A stretch of DNA of 64,000 bases from Octopus vulgaris (lineage: Eukaryota), in NCBI GenBank assembly GCA_951406725.2, contig OX597818.1:137516001-137580000 (forward strand). Direction: 5' to 3'. The position numbers and the translations under genes were made by a program. Under the pieces are notes generated by a model that saw only the letters and a program-made list of their open reading frames with translations, had not been told where the DNA came from and ran no database searches. Shown here in pieces: positions 1 to 14,555 of this stretch. The number at the start of each line of letters is the position of its first letter. Position 1 is the first letter of the stretch.

Positions 1-242
1 GGTGTGATGTGGTGTTGTGGTGTTGGGTGTGGGATGCGAGGGACGGGCGTGGGGATGTGAGAATGAGGCGTGGGTTTGGGGTGAGGTTGTGGGGGTAGGG
101 GCGGGGTATGAGGAAGAGGGATGTGCGGGCAGGGGTGGGGTATGTGGGAGTGGGATGTGTGGGTCGGTGGGGTGGTGGGTTTGGGATGTGTTGAGATGGT
201 GGGGTTGGGGGTTGGGATGTGTATGAAGCGGGTAGCGGGAAG

Positions 243-311
<69 letters not shown>

Positions 312-707
312 CTCTTTTACTCTTTTACTTGTTTCAGTCATTTAACTGTGGCCATGCTGGAGCACCGCCTTTAGTCGAGAAAATCGATCCCGGGACTTAT
401 TCTTTGTAAGCCCAGTACTTATTCTATCGGTCTCCTTTGCCGAACCGCTAAGTTACGGGGACGTAAACACACCACCATCGGTTGTCAAGCAATGCTAGGG
501 GGACAAACACACACACACACATATATATATATATACATATATACGACAGGCTTCTTTCAGTTTCCGTCTACCAAATCCACTCACAAGGCATTGGTCGGCC
601 CGGGGCTATAGCAGAAGACACTTGCCCAAGATGCTACGCAGTGGGACTGAACCCGGAATCATGTGGTTGGTAAACAAGCTACTTACCACACAGCCACTCC
701 TGCGCCT
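312..707 (-). mobile_element. tRNA-derived SINE, family A, full length
   Basis: The minus strand starts AGGCGCAGGAGTGGCTGTGTGGTAAG (A box) ... GGTTCAGTCCC (B box-like). It has an internal (TA)/(TG) tract and a (GAGTAAAA)n tail, and occurs many times in the window. Confidence 0.9.
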
Positions 708-754
708 ATAAATCTATCTTTTTTTTTTGTTTTTTGTTTTTTTCATCCCCCAAA

Positions 755-795
<41 letters not shown>

Positions 796-1779
796 TTATG
801 CATATAAATATATATAACACACACACACTCCGTATTCTACTAATCCATATTATTTTGGTCCCGTCCTTTTACCAGCCTCAACAATTATAATTGTTTGAAA
901 TCATTGCATATTTCATTTTTTTTCCTCCAGACTAAGTCTGGAGCATTGTCTTATTTATTTATTTATTTACTCTTTGACTTTTTTGAAACTCGATTCTTGC
1001 GGCCACTTTGCTAAGTTTCTTACTCATATTGAAAACAAAAACTAATAAAAAAAAATATCCACAGAAATATCAACAAAACGAAGAAAGATATAAAAGAACC
1101 GACATCATTACTTGAAGAAAATGACTCACATCTTATTTCTTACGCCGTTTTGCAGAATCGTTTTTAAGGTAACAACAACTAGTATTAGGCTAAAACTCAA
1201 TATTAAAACAAAAAATACCATGTCGTTACGTTACTATTACATGCTTTTAACATCCTTTTGCAGTCTCGGACAGTTTTCGCAGTTTGCTTTGGCTTACGGC
1301 AACAAAATAAAAAATGAAAGTGAAACTAGAAATAGAAATAAAGGAGCGCGACGGAGAGGTAAGTTTAAAGTGAAAGAAGGAAGGAAGAAGAGGGATTAAC
1401 AAATAAATGCAAATAGGAAGAGAATGAATAAAAGAAGAAATGAATAAAATAAGCGATAATATAATACCTGATAAAAATAAAAAGACTAACAAGCAACCAA
1501 ATCTTTCAGGAGTCGAAACAGAATAGAAGAAATAAAAGAAGAACGAAAGGAAAGGGGGAAAGAAAGAATGAAAGAGTGAAAGGCAAGAGAATCGGGAAAG
1601 GTGGGCAAGAAAGAAAGAGAGTGAAAAGAGGAAACAGTCGTCCGTGTGTATGTAATCTGTAATGAGACAGTCAGCTTTCGGAGAGGTGTAGTGTTGGGGG
1701 TGCGCTGTGATCCAGTTGATTAGAAATGTTTAGTGATCCGATTTCCGACATGACTCACACTCACGCATAAGTATGCATG

Positions 1780-2214
<435 letters not shown>

Positions 2215-2236
2215 TATATATATATATATATATATC

Positions 2237-2352
2237 TGACGGGCTCCTTTCAGTTTCCGTGTACCAAATCCACTCAAAAGGGTTCGGTCAGCCTGAGGCT
2301 ATAACCATGTGGTTGGTCAGCAAGCTATTTACCACACAGCCACACCTGCGCC
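2237..2352 (-). mobile_element. SINE family A 5' fragment
   Basis: Matches the family A head with an internal deletion. Confidence 0.75.
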
Positions 2353-2479
2353 AATATGTGTATATATGTATATATATATATATATATATTATTAGTGAAT
2401 GGAAGAAATGAAGTTGAACGAAGATTGTATCGGTTAAACGTTTGAATAATCTGTAACAAGAAAATTCATCTTTCTATTT

Positions 2480-2524
<45 letters not shown>

Positions 2525-2550
2525 TAGATAGATAGATGAAAGAAAATAAG

Positions 2551-2716
2551 GCGAGCTGTAGAATCTTTAGCATGCCTGTCTTTACGGAATCCAAATACCG
2601 CCGAGATCGACTTCGCCTTTTATCTTTTCGGGTCGATAAAGTAAGGTCCAGTCGAACACTCACATCGGTATAATCGACTTACCTGAATTGCTGGCCTTGT
2701 GCCAAAATTTGAAACC
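2551..2716 (+). mobile_element. SINE family C, degenerate
   Basis: GAGATCGACTTCGCCTTTTATCTTTTCGGGTCGATAAA central domain as in 35500-35732. The tail GCTGGCCTTGTGCCAAAA matches 56060-56090 on the minus strand. Confidence 0.7.
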
Positions 2717-2883
2717 GATACACACACACTCACAGTATATATGTAAATATGTGTGTGTCTGTGTATATATATATATATGTGTGTGTGTGAGTCTGTATAT
2801 ATATATGTGTGTGTGTGTGTGTCTGTGTGTCTGTGTGTGTGTATGTATGTGTGTGTTTGAGTGCGTATAACAACATCTGTATG

Positions 2884-2928
<45 letters not shown>

Positions 2929-3106
2929 ATGTTCGTCTATCTGCGTATCTATATCTTCTTTGAAATCGTTGGCTGGTGATTCCGCCGCACTGTATAACAG
3001 TTCTCCCACTGAAAAAAGTCTGGAAGAGCGGGCACGGCCACAACCATGAATTTCAAGCGACTGCTCTACAATGAGCACAAGATGATAATAACCTGAATGA
3101 CTAGGC

Positions 3107-3159
<53 letters not shown>

Positions 3160-3192
3160 GAAAGAACGGAGTTGAACGACGATTCAACAAAA

Positions 3193-3291
3193 TTCCTTTA
3201 TTCTCGACATATGTTTCGAAGGCTGCATATTCCTAATTTCGAAGAAATAAGGGGTGCATTATGCCGCCTTCTCATCAGGAAAAACAAGGAA
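3193..3291 (-). ncRNA. Type I hammerhead ribozyme motif, canonical core, in a (TA)n-flanked insert (3157-3412)
   Basis: Minus strand reads TTCCTTGTTTTTC-CTGATGA-GAAGGC...GCCTTC-GAAA-CATATG-TC-GAGAATAAAGGAA. Helices I and II pair, helix III is palindromic, and the cleavage triplet is GUC. Confidence 0.85.
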
Positions 3292-3410
3292 CTTATGTCA
3301 GCATCAAGATGAACAAAAACTTTTAAATGGCTGCCCACACAGAGCCCATAGCGATAATGAGTGTTTCTTTAAAATATTCCGTTATAAGCAGTGACGTCAA
3401 AAATGGTTGA

Positions 3411-3443
<33 letters not shown>

Positions 3444-3446
3444 TAG

Positions 3447-3490
<44 letters not shown>

Positions 3491-3494
<4 letters not shown>

Positions 3495-4475
3495 GGGAGC
3501 GGTGAATAAATTGTCGTGTAAATTACGCAAGAATGAAAATAACACTGACTTCTTATTCTAACTGATGTATTTATCAAAGTTATATAGAAATATCCTGAAA
3601 TACTAAAGAGTAAATTTATTCAATAAAATCGCCGTTGGCTTCAACCATGGCCTCCAGACGACATCGGAATCTCCTGAAACTCCTCTGGACGGTTTCCTTG
3701 TTTAAGATGGTGAATGCTGCCATAATCCTTGCCTTCAGTTCATATTTGGTGTTGCAAGGAGTTTTGTTGATCTCTCGCTCAAAAGCGCCTCACACGTATT
3801 AATCAAGGGCAATGCAGTCTGGGAAGTTAAGTGGCCAGATGTTAGGGGTGATGTGGTTACAGAAATTGTCTGGCAGTCATGACTTTGTTTTATCTGTTTG
3901 TGTGGTATGTTGCAGAGTCCTGTTGCCAGACATAGGTTCTTCCAGCAGCGATCCTCTTCATCCAGCACAACATTACCTCCCCCAGGCACTTGATGTAGGT
4001 CTCCCTGTTGAATGTGAGGCCGTGTGGGATGATGAATGGAGGCATAAAAACCTCACCATCACTACTGATCACTCCAAGCATCATGATGTTGACTATTGAA
4101 GGAGATGCTTCAAAAGCTTCGTAGCGCAATCTTTCTTCTTATCCTTGATGGTTTGGGGGCACAAATGGCCCTTTCTCAACTTGTATGAGAATTCTGAATG
4201 TCTTCGTACATTCCCTGTCTGATAAGAATCTCACACACTCCCATGTCCCCAGTGATGAACCTGATTGACTTGGAGGGATCATTGTCAATCATGGCCTGGA
4301 TCACACCAAAAATTTCAAGAGTTCTTTTCTTATCAGAACAATCAGAGGGAGTTTTCCGAGCTGCCGTACCTTCCTAATCCCCATTAGGCTCATCCAGCTC
4401 TTTCGGAATCCTCTGCACTGTCCTCAGATTGACACCCAAACTCTCTGAAATGTTCGTATTGAAACTTCCGGCATT
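3491..4475 (-). pseudogene. Decayed Tc1/mariner-superfamily transposase (maT/DD37D-like)
   Basis: Fragments ISESLGVNLRTVQRI (HTH), DNDPSKSIR, IMMLGVISSDG, WQQDSATYHT, WPLNFPDC and the C-terminus RLEAMVEANGDFIE*. Stops and frameshifts are present. Confidence 0.85.
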
Positions 4476-4754
4476 GAAACTAGTGGCTGACGATATGTGC
4501 ATCTCTGATCACGAGCAGAAGTATTGGGGGAGCATCATAGCCATGTGTTTAGAGGAATTGTTTGGGGTTTGGATAATTCACCTCTGGAAACATGGGTATG
4601 TCGTTCAAATCCTTAAACAACCCTTATTCAAATTCCAATGGAATTTGAATAAGGGTTGTTAGCATATTATGCTAACAAATCTGTAAATGTTGCCATTTCT
4701 TTTCACAGTGAATGATACATAAATGCAGATGTACGTACACACATACAAGCATAC

Positions 4755-4980
4755 ATGCCTGCCTCCATTCATACATACGTACATACATACATACATACAT
4801 ACATACATACATACATACATACATACATACATACATACATACATACATACACACATGCATGCATGCATACATACATACATACATACACACATACATGCAT
4901 GCATGCATACATACATGCATGCATACATACGTACATACATACATATATATACACATACATATGTGTGTGTATATATATAT
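4755..4980. repeat. (CATA)n microsatellite
   Basis: Direct reading. Confidence 0.95.
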
Positions 4981-5179
4981 AAAGTCGTAGAAATGGCTAA
5001 AGAAAATTTTTTTTGGCTGCTATTTCTAAAAATTTCAGTATGTGGCAAAGTAAATTATTTTACTGAGCCCTTAATTATATAAAGTAATATTTTGAATACG
5101 CCTTGAATGGTCCTTTTACATACTGAACAGTACTTGGTGAAATTAATTAATAACTAATTGATTTTACCCTTAATTATTG

Positions 5180-5181
<2 letters not shown>
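4981..5181 (+). mobile_element. 3' fragment of the 546-bp HHR repeat family (see 30159-32886)
   Basis: GCTGCTATTTCT...CAGTATGTGGCAAAGTAA...CTTGGTGAAATT...TTTTACCCT aligns to the 3' part of the array unit and ends at (TA)n at the same point. Confidence 0.8.
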
Positions 5182-5221
<40 letters not shown>

Positions 5222-5857
5222 GCCTTCGGTACAAATGATTTTTTTTATTAAGGCGCTGTGATTTACAATCCTGTAAACAATAATAATGGTATTTTATATA
5301 AGCTTAAAGCTTATGGCAATCACCGTGCAACGGCTAAGGAAAAGAGTCTAATAAAGGGCCATATAAGCCCTCGACAGAAAAAAGGAGGCTTTCCTATCCG
5401 CATATATATATACCTGATACCAAATCAATCATTTCATGTATGGATACAACTGGCTTGACGAATGTGGAGGTTCGACTAAGTTTTAAAAGGATTTCCTTGT
5501 TCATGTTGGATTATCTCTGTTCTTCCCATGTATTTATATTGTATTTAACTTCACATTCACACCAATCCCTTCTATCTTACTCGCAGATTACTTCTATGTT
5601 AAATGACATTTTCATTGACTGTCATTCTGTCCAGGACTAACAGCTATTCCGTTGCACTTAGTCAACTTATATCACTATTTATCAATAACCAAATCTCCTT
5701 GACTGGAATCTTATGTACTCTGATAAAATGGAACATGCCGATATACACTTACTCACTCAAGCACACTCACATACGTTATACATACATACATACATACACA
5801 TACACACACACATACATACATACATACATACATACATACACACATACATACATACAT

Positions 5858-6674
5858 CATCAGAGCCGTTTATATTGGACGAATATCTGGATTACTATCT
5901 CCCATTTTAAAGGGTGTGCGTTTGCAATCCAGGAACAGGAAATATCAAACAAGTACCTACCTGATGCGCACAAGGGATAGAGGTACGGGAAAAGCTGTAC
6001 AATGTGACAACCGATGCAGACTTTGTGGCATTCACACTGAAGATATCATCCACATCATAAGCAGCTGTCCGAAATGTCATCACGGCATTACCTACAGATG
6101 AGACATGACGTTGTAGCTAGGACAATCTTTAATGAAATCCGTCGGAAGGATAACCCGAGGACAAAAAACCCCTACAATATGGTAGAAGCCAGAGCCACTC
6201 ATAACAGAAAGGAATACTGGTAGAATGTACCAGTGAAGACCTCAATAAAATGTAAGCACAACAGACCTGATGTAATGATTTGGGATAGATAAGAGAAACT
6301 GTGCACAATTGTGGAAATTAGCTGCCCAGTGGATGTTAACATAAAGCTGAAGATCAGTGAAAAAGAGAAAACCTATGCTGAACTATTGAGAAATCTGCAG
6401 TTACTCAATCCAGATTTTAAGTTCAGGTTTATACCTGTAATTATTGGGGCTCTGAGATATGTATCACACTGTCTAAATACCAATCTTGAGAAATTAAGCT
6501 TCTCAAAACCAGAAAGAAGGCTAATTCGAAGACTACAGATCCAATCCATCACTGGAACTGTAAAAAGCTGTAAAACTTTCAAGTTTATAATTTAAATATA
6601 TATGAACATTTCTAGATATGTAACTATATACATGAGAATACATACATACATACATACATACATACATACATACA

Positions 6675-6708
<34 letters not shown>

Positions 6709-6858
6709 AAACATAGAAATTTGCACATATAGATACATACATACAAACAAAAATACCCTGTTGTTGATGTTCAAATTCCAATGAATGAAACTTGGATCTA
6801 GGTAAGAAACCGGTTCTTTCTCTATTGTCAAGAAATCTTGAAATAAACTGAATAATGA
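5858..6858 (+). pseudogene. Non-LTR retrotransposon 3' fragment, RLE type (R4/Dong-like)
   Basis: FAIQEQEI, CCHC knuckle CRLCGIHTEDIIHIISSC, RHD, KHNRPD, EISCPVDVNIKLKISEKEKTYAEL and FIPVIIGAL. It has frameshifts and stops, and is flanked by (CATA)n. Confidence 0.88.
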
Positions 6859-6942
6859 CATACACGCATACATATATGTATATACATATATACATATATG
6901 TATACACACATACATATATGTATATACATATATACATATATG

Positions 6943-6979
<37 letters not shown>

Positions 6980-6989
<10 letters not shown>

Positions 6990-7164
6990 TGAAGTTGTGT
7001 GAGTGTCTGTCTCCTACGATTTAGATTCCTAACTACTCCCACATTTACCATAATTTTTTTTCCATTTTTAATGCATTTTTTGCTAATTTTTGACTATAAC
7101 TCTCTAAAAATGCTTTATAGTTATTTCCCTTACAAACCCGAGCAACGCCGGGCGATACTGCTAG
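6980..7164 (+). mobile_element. Non-autonomous Helitron (3' part)
   Basis: Ends CCCGAGCAACGCCGGG (hairpin)-CGATACTG-CTAG followed by T. The last ~110 bp are shared with 61522-61903. Confidence 0.8.
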
Positions 7165-7332
7165 TATGTATATATATATAATTATGCTCATTGGAATGAA
7201 CTCAGTGCAGTCTGAATCAAGCGAACTTTAGTTTATCAAAGTCGATAGCTGCCACCTCCTTCTGACTTCGTGAATTCGTCCAAAAATAGGAAATGGTAGT
7301 TTAAGAAGTAAAGAGAATTTTCTATTGCCTAT

Positions 7333-7572
7333 ATGCTTGTGAAGGGTAGGAGAGTCCAGTTTGCTGGACATTGTTGTAGAGCTGAAAAAGAAGTAATTTC
7401 TACTCTTCTCCTCTGGAAGCCATCTACTCACAATACCAGAGGGCGCACACTCTCCTACCCTGATGTAATCTCCAGGGATACAGGCATCCAGCAACAGGAC
7501 CTCCGTAATGCCATGATGGACCGTGAAGTCTGGCGTAGCACGGTCGAACACGGTCGAACAATGATGATGATG
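7333..7572 (+). pseudogene. RTE-like LINE extreme 3' fragment
   Basis: RRVQFAGHCCR...LLLWKP...GRTLSYPDVISRDTG...AMMDREVWR resembles RTE-clade C-termini and is followed by a (TGA)n tail. Confidence 0.75.
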
Positions 7573-7761
7573 TATATATACTCGTATAGATAGACGCATA
7601 GATAAAAACATGATAGAATGGTGTGTGTGCATCTGTGCGTGGTTGTGGGTGAGTATGTGGCAGTCTGCGAGTGTGGATATGTGTGTGTGTGTGTGTATCT
7701 CAGCGTCTCCGTACAGTGACCTAATCTCCATACCCAATATAACCATGCATAAAAAAAATAA

Positions 7762-8014
7762 TAAATGCGCCCTTTTTTAAAGCCTAGCCAGGCTCATGGG
7801 CCCGGTTTCCCGATTTCAATGGCGTATATGTTCCCTGGTTGGACGGGACGGCAGTCCATTGCAGCGTTACTCATTTTTGCCAGCTGAGCGAACTGGAGCA
7901 ACTTGAAATGAAGTGTGTTGCTCAAGAACACAAAGCGTCACCCGGTCCAGGAATCGAAACCACAATCTTGCAATCATGATGCTGACACTCTAACCACTAA
8001 GTCAAGCGCCTCCA
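7762..8014 (-). mobile_element. SINE family D, tail type i
   Basis: tRNA-like head GGAGGCGCTTGACTTAGTGGTTAG...GTTTCGATTCCTGGACC, body GTGTTCTTGAGCAAC...CTCAGCTGGCAAAAATGAGT, tail GCAATGGACTG...GAAACCGGGCCCATGAGCC. Confidence 0.8.
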
Positions 8015-8344
8015 CATAACCATGTATAGTGTATACTAAGTGGGACATTGCGAAATCAACTCCAGGTTACATAACGATTAAGTCATTTTACTTCGTGATT
8101 TCCCAAGTTAAATTCATGAATCTCTCTAACTGAAGCAATAATTTGATTTAAATACAACAAATGATAAGACAAAGAAAGAAATAATCTGTCAATTTGAAAT
8201 AGCTTTATCTTCTTTATCTTGCATTCACGTGAATCACGTTGAAGTGTTGCATGCACAGTTGTATGTGCTAACGAATGTTGCTTGTATGTATATGTATATA
8301 TGCATAAATACTTCATATATCCTTGCATTTATAGAGATGCATAC

Positions 8345-8382
<38 letters not shown>

Positions 8383-8409
8383 GCTATGCAAATATACATC
8401 CATACAAAT

Positions 8410-8442
<33 letters not shown>

Positions 8443-8611
8443 TATATATATGTATATAATGACAGATTGTATGCATGAGTATATGTATATACATAGACAT
8501 ACACATACACATGTATGTAGAGGTAGGCACTTATATATGTGTGTTTGCATGAATTTGTTTTTGCGCATGTATATAAATATATGTAGGTAGGTACAATAGC
8601 GTATATGTATG

Positions 8612-8676
<65 letters not shown>

Positions 8677-8956
8677 GCGTGTATATATATATATATATGT
8701 GTGTGTAGATATATACATATATATATGTGTATGTATATATCAAGACATGGATTTGCATGAATGTCTGCGTGCGTTATCAGGAATGCTTTGCAGGGCAGTA
8801 AGAATGGATGTGTAGCTTACGTATATTTACATTTACATATGTGATAGACCTTCAGATAACACACGTTTCTCCTCATGTTGAACAGTAACTGGTAATCAAA
8901 ATGTTTTTTAAAACTTAATACTTGGCGCTATGTATACTTATATATGCATGTACATA

Positions 8957-8996
<40 letters not shown>

Positions 8997-9092
8997 CAGA
9001 CATATATGTGTGTGTATGTGTCATTCATACATACATAACATTCATAAATACATACAAACCCACATACATACATACATACATACATACATACA

Positions 9093-9123
<31 letters not shown>

Positions 9124-9826
9124 GTATATATTTATATATCTGCAGATGCAAGCGATGGCATGTGCATACGTATATGCATAAATACAGACAAAACATTCAA
9201 ATAGAAAGACAAGTCTGTGTCTGTGCATGTGTGTTCGTGTGTTTGTTTGTGTGTGTACCTGTGTGCCTGGGAATGAATGTGTGTGTGTGGGGTGGGGTAT
9301 TTCTGTGCATATCTTTGTGCATAAAGACTGGTAAATGTATACATCTGAACGAGAACTAAAAGGTTTTTCAAAAACACACAAACATGGTGACAGGCTTGCA
9401 ATGAAAATTGTCACAAACATGAACACGTCCAATGTGTCAAGCAAATAGTTTTTGACATTGGGAATTGATAAAAATTCATGATAACTCTAAAGAAAAAAAA
9501 TAGAAGGATTTTCTCATATATTTCGACAAATTATTTCAAGAAACTGAAGGACGTATTGAAAGAGAGGAAAAAAAAAAATCGTTTCAGACACGAAGAATAC
9601 AAAGTGAAAATGAAATCTAAAAAATTATAAGTATTAGCAGTGTAAGAAAACAATATTAAAATGAAAAATAATAATCAAATAAGACTCTGTCCCACATCAA
9701 AACAAAATAAAAGAAAACAAAAGGAAACCAGAGGAAGTTGAATTTTGCTGCGTGTACAGGGATTGTTAACGTTTCACACGTCATTGGTGTATGTGAGAGG
9801 TGAGAAAGACAGTCCGCCATTGTCAC

Positions 9827-9953
9827 CTGGTTCATTGAACGGAGTGTATTTTGTAGATGAACTAAATCCTCGATATCGTGCTTGAAATATACTTCAACCA
9901 TAGCTTGGGTTTGGAACCGGCAGACTCTTGTTAATTTGGCTTCGTAAATCTTT
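9827..9953 (-). CDS. Possible host-gene exon, product unknown
   Basis: Non-repetitive island with a polypyrimidine acceptor (TTCTTCTGTTCTCTCTGTGAATTTACCAG), an open frame KIYEAKLTRVCRFQTQAMVEVYFKHDIEDLVHLQNTLRSMNQ, and a CAG/GTGACA donor. The frame stays open to 9656. No homology was recognised. Confidence 0.3.
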
Positions 9954-11059
9954 CTGGTAAATTCACAGAGAGAACAGAAGAAGAAGGCACTAAGAAACTA
10001 GAGATAAAATTTTATATATATATATATATATATATACGTTCATATATATTTAGTTAGGTATATATATATGCATATATATGGACGCACATGTATACAGATA
10101 TATTCATACATATACACATGCCCATACACACATATAGGCACAAACAAACACACACGCGCGCACAGACACATATATACACATATATATGGATGTACACACA
10201 TGCACACACATATTTATATATATGCATGATATGTGCATGAAACTGAAAGTGAGAGAGACACAAAGAGAAAGGGAGAGAGATAAAGACAGAGAGAGAGAGA
10301 GAGAGGGAGAGAGAGAGAGCGAGAGAAAGGGATAGAGATAGAGAGAACGAAAAGAAAAGGTTATAGGAAGAAAGGCAGCCATGGTCAGAGAAAGCTGAGG
10401 GGTGAGGCTACGTGAAATGGGAAATTCAGAAAGGGTAAAGAAAGAAAGAAAGAAAAAGAGGAGAGAGGATGAGGGAGAGAGAGAGGGAGGAGGAAAGACA
10501 GAAGGAGAAAGCAAAGTGATACGAGAACAAGTCGTCGACATAAAACGATAAAGTAAGTAAAAAAAGCAGGTGCTATTTTCTTCTTCTTCCTCCTTCTCCC
10601 CCGTCCTCCTCCTCCTCTTCCTCCTCCTCCTCCTCCTCCTCTTTATTATTATTATTGTTATTATTATTGTTATTACCACCACCACTACCATAACCACCTT
10701 CACCATCATCATCATCATTATGACACCAACATCGTTTTTTTTAAATAAAATGTAAGAAATAATACAAAACAGGGCGTTAGAATTTGAAGCGAAATTTATT
10801 CCGCTTATTATTTATTCCTGTAAATATCTATGACAGTTGGACCATCTTTAGAATTAACCGAAGCTGACAACGTTCGGCAAGATATTCAGTTTAAGTGTGT
10901 TCACACAATGTTTTTGAAGAGTAAAAGCAGACGACAATAAGCACTTTTCGTCAATTTTTAAGGACGGTCTTTCTTTCAGTTGAATATTTCAAGTTTTCCT
11001 TGCTAGATTTCAACCATATTTCTATTCTTTCAATACTTATTTCTCTTTTACAATTTCAA

Positions 11060-11510
<451 letters not shown>

Positions 11511-11801
11511 TACCGTTATTTGACACTAAATTCTTTGTTGTTGCTGTAGTTATTGCCAATCAAAATATTATATGACTTTATAAGATAAGATCGGAAGAAA
11601 GAAATATAAATAAATATATGAAAGAGACGATGAATATTTATAACTCGCTCACTTTTACCTTTTCTTTTCTCTTTCTCTCAACATTTTACATACGAACAGA
11701 CAATCTTTAAGTCAAAATATATTTACAATTTGATTCTGATTTTTTAAGTCTTGTGCAACTTATTTTTTAAATAACATTTTATATTCGTCCATATTCGTCC
11801 A

Positions 11802-11802
<1 letters not shown>

Positions 11803-11850
<48 letters not shown>

Positions 11851-11898
11851 CACACACACACGCGCGCGCACACGCACACACACACGCGCACACACACG

Positions 11899-11959
<61 letters not shown>

Positions 11960-12017
11960 GCACACACACACACACAAACACACACACGCACGCACACACA
12001 CACACACACACACACAC
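11803..12017. repeat. (CA)n microsatellite
   Basis: Direct reading. Confidence 0.95.
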
Positions 12018-13608
12018 GTATGTATGTATGTTTTCCACTTGCACTTATATATTTATATTGTTTTCAGTTTTTTTTTTTCTTCTCCTGACAAAATAGTTAT
12101 TACACGCTTATTTAAGCAAAACTCCCATTGAACCGTCCAACCATTTTGAAAAAAATTTGAGGGTGAGTTGGGTTGAAGGGGTTTGTAGTGAAGAGCGACG
12201 CAGAGAAAGAAAAAAAGCGTCGGAATATCTGTAAACTGACAATTAATTCAGAACCCTATTGAATTTTCTTTTTAAACATATCGTATTTTTTAAATTTTTT
12301 TCCACAATATGTGTTGCAAATATTTTAACTTTTTTTTCTCTTTCGGTTATGTCATTATTTTTACTTCATACAATGAAGAAATATATAAAAATTTCTGAAG
12401 GGTTAAATATCTTTTTACAAATGATTGTTAATTAAATTTTGACACTATCTCATTCTTCTTAAATGCTTTAATGAATCGGTTTGGAACAGAAATTCAATAA
12501 GGATGAAAATGGCTTAATCAAAAGGAAATTATATTTTGCAATTTTGTTTCGCGCCATGTTTTTTTTTTCTTTTTTACAAATATTGTTTTTCCTTTTTGTT
12601 ATTTTCCACTAAAAACAACAAGCATTATTTTCACTAAATTTCAGTTTAAATATTTGGATTTATTAACCCTTTCTTGACAGAATTGCATCAATTAACAATT
12701 TATATTTTCCTGCGGAATTATTTGTTGCATGTGTCTGTATAGTTGACCGAGTGTCAAAGGGCATTGTGTAATCTGTTGTTTGTTTGTGTTGTTTTTTTCA
12801 CTAGTTTGAGTAGTCGGACAACGGAGTTCCTGAGGCATCGCCTTCAAAAATTTTAGACAACCATACCAAACTGTATTTCTTTTATTGATATTTCTGCTTT
12901 TTAAGCCGTTAAACCGTAGGAAAAGAACAGATAGACAGAAAAAGGAAACGGGCATGTTTGCATACTTTCTGTCTGCCAAATTCGAACCTGAGGCTATAGT
13001 AGTGACTGCGCTTTTGCATGCTATTTCATTAGCGTATTTATTGTATCACTCTTTTTGATTGTTAAACTGCTAAATTCTGCGACATAAAAGGACACAACAT
13101 AAATAAATAAATAAATAAACGGACAAGCTTCTTCACACTTTCCTTCTACCAAATTCTAATCCGATTTTATAGTACAAAACCCCAGTCAAATTGGCTTCGC
13201 CATTTAACATGTTACTACGTCAGTTAAAATGAAATAATTTATCATAAGCGAAATTTTAGTCGTTATTTATAGGGTTCGCCTATCGATATTTTAATCGAAT
13301 ATGAGTTGTAGAAAGCAAATTGAGTTTAAAAATTAAATGAAAAAATATACATTTGAAAACAGTTGATCGGTCTCGTAAGTCGGTTCATCCATCTGACCGT
13401 CCATCCTTCCATCCGTTTATTTGTCCCTACGTTCATCCATCCACTTATCCATACCTATGCATTCTTAAATACATACACACATATGCATACATACATAGCT
13501 AGTAGGTACGCTCATACATATATAGGTATGGTGATGCAAACATATATAAATTCATATATATATATGTAAATATATATGTATATATACATATATCTATATC
13601 TATTTCTA

Positions 13609-13704
<96 letters not shown>

Positions 13705-13829
13705 CATCCATCTATCTATCTATCTATCTATCTATATGTATATACGTATGTATATGGAAAAAAATCGCCAGCGGTGAGTACCACCGGCGATTTTTTTTCC
13801 TCTGTCTTCCCTTCTGAAATATATTAACA

Positions 13830-14218
13830 AGGCAGGAGTGGCTGTGTGGTAAGTAGCTTGTTTACTAACCACATGCTTCCGGGTTCAGTTGGGCAAGTGT
13901 CTTTTATTATAGCCTCGGGCTGACCAAAGCCTTGTGAGTGGATTTGGTAGACGGAAACTGAAAGAAGCCCGTCGTACATATGTATATGAATATATATATG
14001 TGTGTGTGTGTGTTTGTGTGTATGTGTTTGTCTCCCTAACATTGCTTGACAACCGATGCTGGTGTGTTTATCTCCCCGTTACTTAGCGGTTCGACAAGAC
14101 AGACCGATAGAATAAGTACTGGGCTTACACAAGAATAAGTCCCGAGGTCGAGTTGCTCGATTAAAGGCGGTGCTCCAGCATGGTCGCAGTCAAATAACTG
14201 AAACGAGTAAAAGAGTAA
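13830..14218 (+). mobile_element. SINE family A
   Basis: Head GGCAGGAGTGGCTGTGTGG through to the GAGTAAAAGAGTAA tail. Confidence 0.9.
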
Positions 14219-14555
14219 CGCCATAACACGGCTAGAGTTAATAACATCTTCAGATGACGTAGGAATGATAATTGGTCAGAAAGAATGTTCGTATTTGATT
14301 GTTGATCGAGGAAAACCAGTCCACTAAACCCAGAACTTCTGTTTCCTATGAAGATTACTAGAAATACCTATGCATTGATAAAAACATACCATACAATGTG
14401 CTATAAATAAAGACAAACTGATCCGAGAATATTATTCCGGAATTAGATTAATACGCCGAAAGAGACTACTTCTCTGACAACAAGGCACTATGCCACAATA
14501 TAAAAATCTATAAGAAATTTTAAATGAAGTTCACCATTTGATATTCTAATAACTT

